From assembly GCA_017962615.1 (NCBI GenBank), contig JAGCUZ010000067.1, positions 1,017-65,016 of the forward strand: a DNA stretch of 64,000 nucleotides. Reading direction: 5' to 3'. The stretch is from Bacteroidales bacterium (lineage in GTDB: Bacteria; Bacteroidota; Bacteroidia; Bacteroidales; P3). Positions 30,701 through 36,700 of this stretch are shown in pieces. Within the stretch, counting starts at the first letter, position 1. Each line of letters starts with the position of its first letter. The translations under genes were made by a program, and so were the position numbers. A model generated the notes under the pieces. That model was not told where the DNA came from, did not search any database, and worked only from the letters and a program-made list of their open reading frames with translations.

Positions 30701-33700
30701 GCCACCTACGTCAAGATATACGAGACACCGCGTGTGGGTCACGTGTACGGCGGCGGCAACGGCGACTACACCTACTACGACGACCAGGCGTATGCAGCAC
30801 TGGCACTTACCAAACCACACCAGAAATCGACCTACATCGATATAAAGATTGACAGGACACTGCGCGAGAACCATGCCAACGCAGGCCGCCCGATCAGCGG
30901 CTACGTGATGCAGGCCTTCGGCGGCGGCAACGCGGCCACCGTCGACACGGCGAGAGTGCATGTGTACGGACTGGGTCTTGTCGACACCCTGTTTGGCGGC
31001 GGCAACAGCGCCACGGTGACCAGGATGGCCCGCATACTGCTTAACGCCAACCCAGTGCGTACAGGCTCGGGCAGCACCCAGAACACCGACAACATCAACA
31101 ACGTGAACACCCTCTTCGGCGGCAACAACGCTGCAGCCATGAGCATCATGCCCGCCATCGACCTGAACAGCGGTATCGTTGACAAGCTGTATGCCGGCGG
31201 CAACGCGGGAGCCATGCTTGCCCGCCAGACCGTCACCGACCTGTTCGGCCGCAGCCTTGGCAACGTGAGTACCTACCTGCTGGTGAACAGCGACTCGCTG
31301 ACGGTGCGCACCGCCCTTTACGCAGGCTGCAACTGCGCCCGCGTGGCCGGAGGTACCTTCGTCGACGTGCGCAAGACCACCACACAGGCGGCGGCAGGCC
31401 GCACGGTGTACGGCATCGGCAGCCTCTTCGGCAGCAACGACATCAGCGACACCGTGAAAGAGGCACGTATCGACATGACCGGCGGTTATGTGCATAACCT
31501 CTTCGGCGGCGGCAACGGCCAGTACAACTACACCCGTCAGGGTAACTTCTACGTGGTGACCCCCTACGGCGTGCCCTACAACGGCGTGAACGCCTTTGTG
31601 GACCGCAGCCCCGGCCGTCCCTATGTGGCGACCACGCACGTGAACGTGATGGGCGGCACTATCGACAACAACATCTACGGCGGCGGCTATGCCGGAGACT
31701 GCGGCAACACCTACCTGTTTGTCAACGACACGGTGACATACAACGGCCATCAGGTGAGCGCCACGGGTACGGCGCGTGTTAGCGGCAAGATATTCGGCGG
31801 CGGCTATGGCGACGAGACGATGATTGGCAACAAGGCCTACAGCAATGCCCACGTGGGCAACGTGACGGGCACCGCCACCACCGACCTGTACCACCTGCAC
31901 GAGCTTGGCGAGGCTTACGCCTACGGCGGCGGCAACGCCGGTGACGTGAACAACACATGCTTCACCGTGCACCCGTCGTGGAACCACTCCTTCGTGAACA
32001 TCTACGGCGGCTGCAGAGCTTCGCACGTGAAGGGCACCGCCAATACCTATATCAACGCCACCGACACCACCATGGATGTAGCACAGGCGCTGTACGGAGG
32101 CAACGACTTCGGCGGCACTGTGGCTAACAGCAACCTCGTGGTGCGCGGCGGACGCTACACCAACATCTACGGCGCAGGCAACGGCGACTACAACTATTAC
32201 GCCGACCCGGCGATAACAGCCCTGCCCGGCGGCACACAAATAGACACCGTGCCGGTGAGCCAGCGTGTACGCACCACCATCTACAATGCACATGTGATAC
32301 GTAACGCCTACGGCGGAAGTAACATGGGCTATGTGATGACAGACTCGGCGTACCACAGCAACGTGGCCGACTATGCCCGCATTGAGCTCAACGTACACGG
32401 CGGTATGTTCGAGCGCAGCATCTTCACCGGTTCGCACGGTAAGGCAGGCGGCAACCAGTTGGCCTACGCCTTGAAGCAGTTCAACATGGACGGCGGCAAG
32501 GTGCTGATATCAGTCTACGGCGGTTCGGAGAACGTCAACGATGGATACCCGGCCGAGTGCCATTCGCCCTCGAACACCACACGCCGTCCCAGCTCGGTGC
32601 TCAACTTCACCGGCGGCGAGATAACCAACAACGTTTACGGCGGCGGATATCTGGGACGTATATACGGCTCGGTGTATATCAACGTGGGCGCCCAGGCAGT
32701 GAACGACTGCCCGGTGTGGACCACCCGCTACGAGACCTCGCCGATGATGGGCAGCAGGGAGTACACCGGCAGCGGTACCGGCTATGACGTATACAAACCC
32801 ACCTTCGTGACCACCGACGAGGCCGACACAGCCTCTAACCTCAAAGCCAACGACCTGTACCTGCGTCAGTCGATATACAACGGTTCCGACTGGGGTACCG
32901 GATCGGGCGAGTATGTGTTCAACCACGTGGGCTTCTATGGCGGCGTGAGCAACATACTCATTGACGGTACGGGCTACAACACCTCGTTCTCGGACGAAGG
33001 CTCGTCGCTGCCTGCTATGGACATCTATTACTCGATTATCGGTTCGGGTACCTCATGCGAGGGCGGCGACATAAGCCGTAAGATTATCATGCGCAACTAC
33101 GGCGAGTACACCTGTAATGGCAACGAACCTGCCTTCTCTAAGGAGATATTCAGCGTGCAGCGTGCCGACTCGGTGATCTTCGACAACGTCAACGTGGCAA
33201 TACATGGAGAGCAAGATGCCTACACGGCATTCCTCTCGCCCAAGTACAGCATGTGCCGTGTGGACACCGTGATATTCCACGACGAGAACATTGTAGCACT
33301 GAAGGCCCCGGCGGTGTTTGTAGGCAACATGCGCTTCGAACATGCTGACGGCTCTCTGGTGAACCGAAGCGAGGATATGTCGACGATGTACGGCTACTCT
33401 ATAAATCCCGACGCTCCTCAATACGCGGGAAGCGCCTTCACGGCGGCCCGTGCCGCTGCCGAGGCCCGCTTCCCGAGCGGCATGGCCAACAGGCAGGACA
33501 GCATTAACCGCTACATGGATACGGTGTCGCTGCTTGAAAACGTATGCGATTCCATACCCATCTGTGTGAAGATGCGCAGCGACATGCCCTTCACGAAACT
33601 CTACGTGGTTGACGGTGTGTATGTCGACATACTCGGCTTCACCGACAACGGCGGCACCGGCGAGAACGCCAACGACGCCTACGGCAGCATCGACGGCTAC

Positions 33701-36700
33701 TGCTTCCTCTATTCTGCCCCCGGTACCGAGGCCTATATCTCGGCGCGCCACAAGACTCCGCAGGATAACGCCACCGACGGCGGCTTCTTCTCGTCGTGCG
33801 ACCGCGAGAATAAAGTGGAGTGCAGCTTCAACACCTCGTGCATCGAGCTTGGGTTCGACAACTACCCAACCGCTGGCTACCGTACATGGGTGCTGGGCTC
33901 GGGCGAGAAGTCGCGCAAGCGCCAGGTGACCATCGTGGCGCACTCGGATGTGCGCAACCTGCCCGGCAGCAACATGAGGATTGATATTCCGTATAAGAAG
34001 ACCGACCTGACCGACTCGACCGAATCGCTGCACTTGGCCTTGGCTCATGCCAATCTTATGCTCCCCCCAATCCCCGTGGGTCACTACTTCACCATCGACG
34101 CCATGTATGTGGACCAGGCCAACGACGGCCAGATGCGTCTGCTTAAGGCTGCAGTAGGTGAGGATGGCAACCGTGCGGTATGGAAATATATGAACGACGC
34201 CGTTCCCACGCCCGGCAGTGGTATTCCGGTCGACGGCCGCGACATATCAGCAGATCCCGACTATACCTTCGGCCTTATCTTCATGACCAAGAACCGCTTC
34301 GGTTCACCCTCGGTGGACTGCTACCCCGAAGGCGACGGCATGCGGTGCTATGACCACTCGCTGGTATCGGGTAACTTGAACTATGAAGAGATTGCAGGCT
34401 TCAAGTCGCCTGCCATTGTAGCCGGCGGTCAGATAGGTCTGCCTCAGTTGGAATTCCTCCTTACCTACGACACCAACTTCACCACCACTATCTCGCGCGA
34501 CGTGGTGTTCCTCATGGTTGAACGCGATCAGGAGGGTGTGCGTGTTGCTCCCCTCGAGGTTTCGGTTACCATTAACACCGTTATCAAGGACTTCAAGGAC
34601 AAAGATGTCTCCGTGCTCGGAATGTTTAACGACGGTATAACCGACATCTATATGCGCAAGGTAATTATGCCCGCATCTCTCAATCGCCGCGAGCTCTACC
34701 TTGACACCATAGAATGGGAACCGTACAAGGCTGACCAGCACACGCCTGATGTTTTCCACCTGACCAACGTGAGCCGCATGGCCGGCACACTCGACAGCAC
34801 ACGCTTTGCCGTGACGGTGGAACCCGCAGAGGATGTGATGATAGACACTCTGGCGAGTATGGGATGGAACACTGTGTTTATACCCTATATCGACGTGTTC
34901 GACTACTGCCGCCCGCCGGCGGCCGATACGCTGTACAAATACCAGGCCGACCTGGTGGCAGGTAATTCGCGTGGCGCTTATATGGGCATTCTCGACGGCC
35001 GTGCAACGGCGGCACTCGACGTCACCCTGCACTTCAACGGCAACCTGTTGTACCCGGTCAAGGACACTATAGGTGTCATAAGACTGAAGTTCTCTTATGC
35101 GGAAGGTAGCAGGGACGGTACGTTCAATGTCAACATCTACGTGAAGACCCGCGACAAAGGCGACACCATATACCTTGCTTCGGCCGACCGGGTGGTCCGC
35201 GACGGCATAACGCTGTATCCCTACAACAGGCAGAACGGTATATACGACGGCGGTATGCACTTGAACTACAACGAAGCAAACGGCAAGACGCCTACAAGAT
35301 ATCTGCAGAACTTCGACGACGCTCTGAGCCCGCTGGTATACATAGAAGGCGACGTGTTTGCAATCATCGACACCCTGAAGTTCCAGAGCGACCGCAACAT
35401 CGTGCTGAGAGGTCAGGACTACAGCATCATGCAGGTAATACGCTATTCAGGCAGCCATTATACCTTCCCTGGCGAGGCGTGTGCTTACAGGGGTCCGATG
35501 GTGATGATAGAGGGCGACGGCAAACTAACCACCTACAATATGCGCTTCGATGGCTCTGGTGTTTCGAGAATCAAGCCAGTATACACTACAAGACAGGCCT
35601 ATCCGGATTCGTTGTGCAACATATTTACCAATGCGCAAGGTGCAACACGCTACTCGTACAAGCCTGACAAGAGGGTGAAAGACACGACGTTCTCGAACGG
35701 TCCGGTGTTCCTCGTGCGCAACGGCGGTACGCTGACGCTCAACAACAAGACGTCGGTGTTGCACAACTTCAACATGGCCACCGGCTTAGGCCGCGACACC
35801 CTGCAGGGTGCGGCAATACGCGTCGTTGGCGGTCACCGCAAGCCTACGGTAACCCTCAGCAACCAGGTTTTGATTGCCGAGAACGTGGTGAGCGACGCGG
35901 CGGCTCTCACCAACCACAAGCCCTCGGGTGCGGTGCACCTGCAACGCGCCAGTCTGCAGCTCGGCTCGTCGTCGGCAACATCGTGCGTCACCATCACCGA
36001 CAACTTCTACTCGAACGGCGATAGCAAGTTCTGGAAGGTGAGTCCGACGGATGACAACAAGTACCTGTTCGACACGACCAATATATGGCGGTCGCGCAGC
36101 AACGTATACCTGACGCGTACGCCGGGAAGCCCCGACGCTGTAATCAACGACGACATAAGCGATGCGGTGAGCTTCCGCTACGACATCAAGAGCCGTACGC
36201 GCATAGGCGTCAACAAATGGTTCCCGGGTCCCACTACCCGCGACACCATACAGGTGGCCCGCGTCAGCGTGTCGAAGCAGCTCTATGCCAAGCACGCCTA
36301 CGAGAACGGGAACTTCATCAACGACTCGGCGGCCTACACGGGCGATGTGTTCTACCACTCCACCATCGGTCCATATGTGCTATACCTGCACCGTTGCGCT
36401 TCGTTCAAAAAGCAGAAGCTCGGCGACCTGCTTGCCGACCTGCCCAACGGCACACGCCTGCTGCAGGATTCGGTGATGGAGTACCGCACCGGTATCAACA
36501 GCTCGTGCCCCAACGGCACCGACAGGATGATATACCACGTAACGGGCGGCTTCTACCCCTACACCTACACATGGTCGATAGAGGATGGCAGCGGTAACGA
36601 CGTAACGACGCTACGCACCAAGAAGACCCCGTACACCAACGACCAGGTGAAGAAAGCACTGTCGGAGAACAATCCGGAGCCGATGCTGCTGTCGAACAGC

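Noticed and set aside
17810-32437. Very long antisense ORFs inside the giant gene (17810-21991, 1,393 aa; 22706-24511; 28415-32437, 1,340 aa) and many overlapping R/P/A-rich + strand ORFs.
   Set aside because: All are alternative-frame artefacts of a GC-rich repetitive gene. Only the 15770-39157 frame has a signal peptide, a coherent domain grammar and a T9SS CTD.
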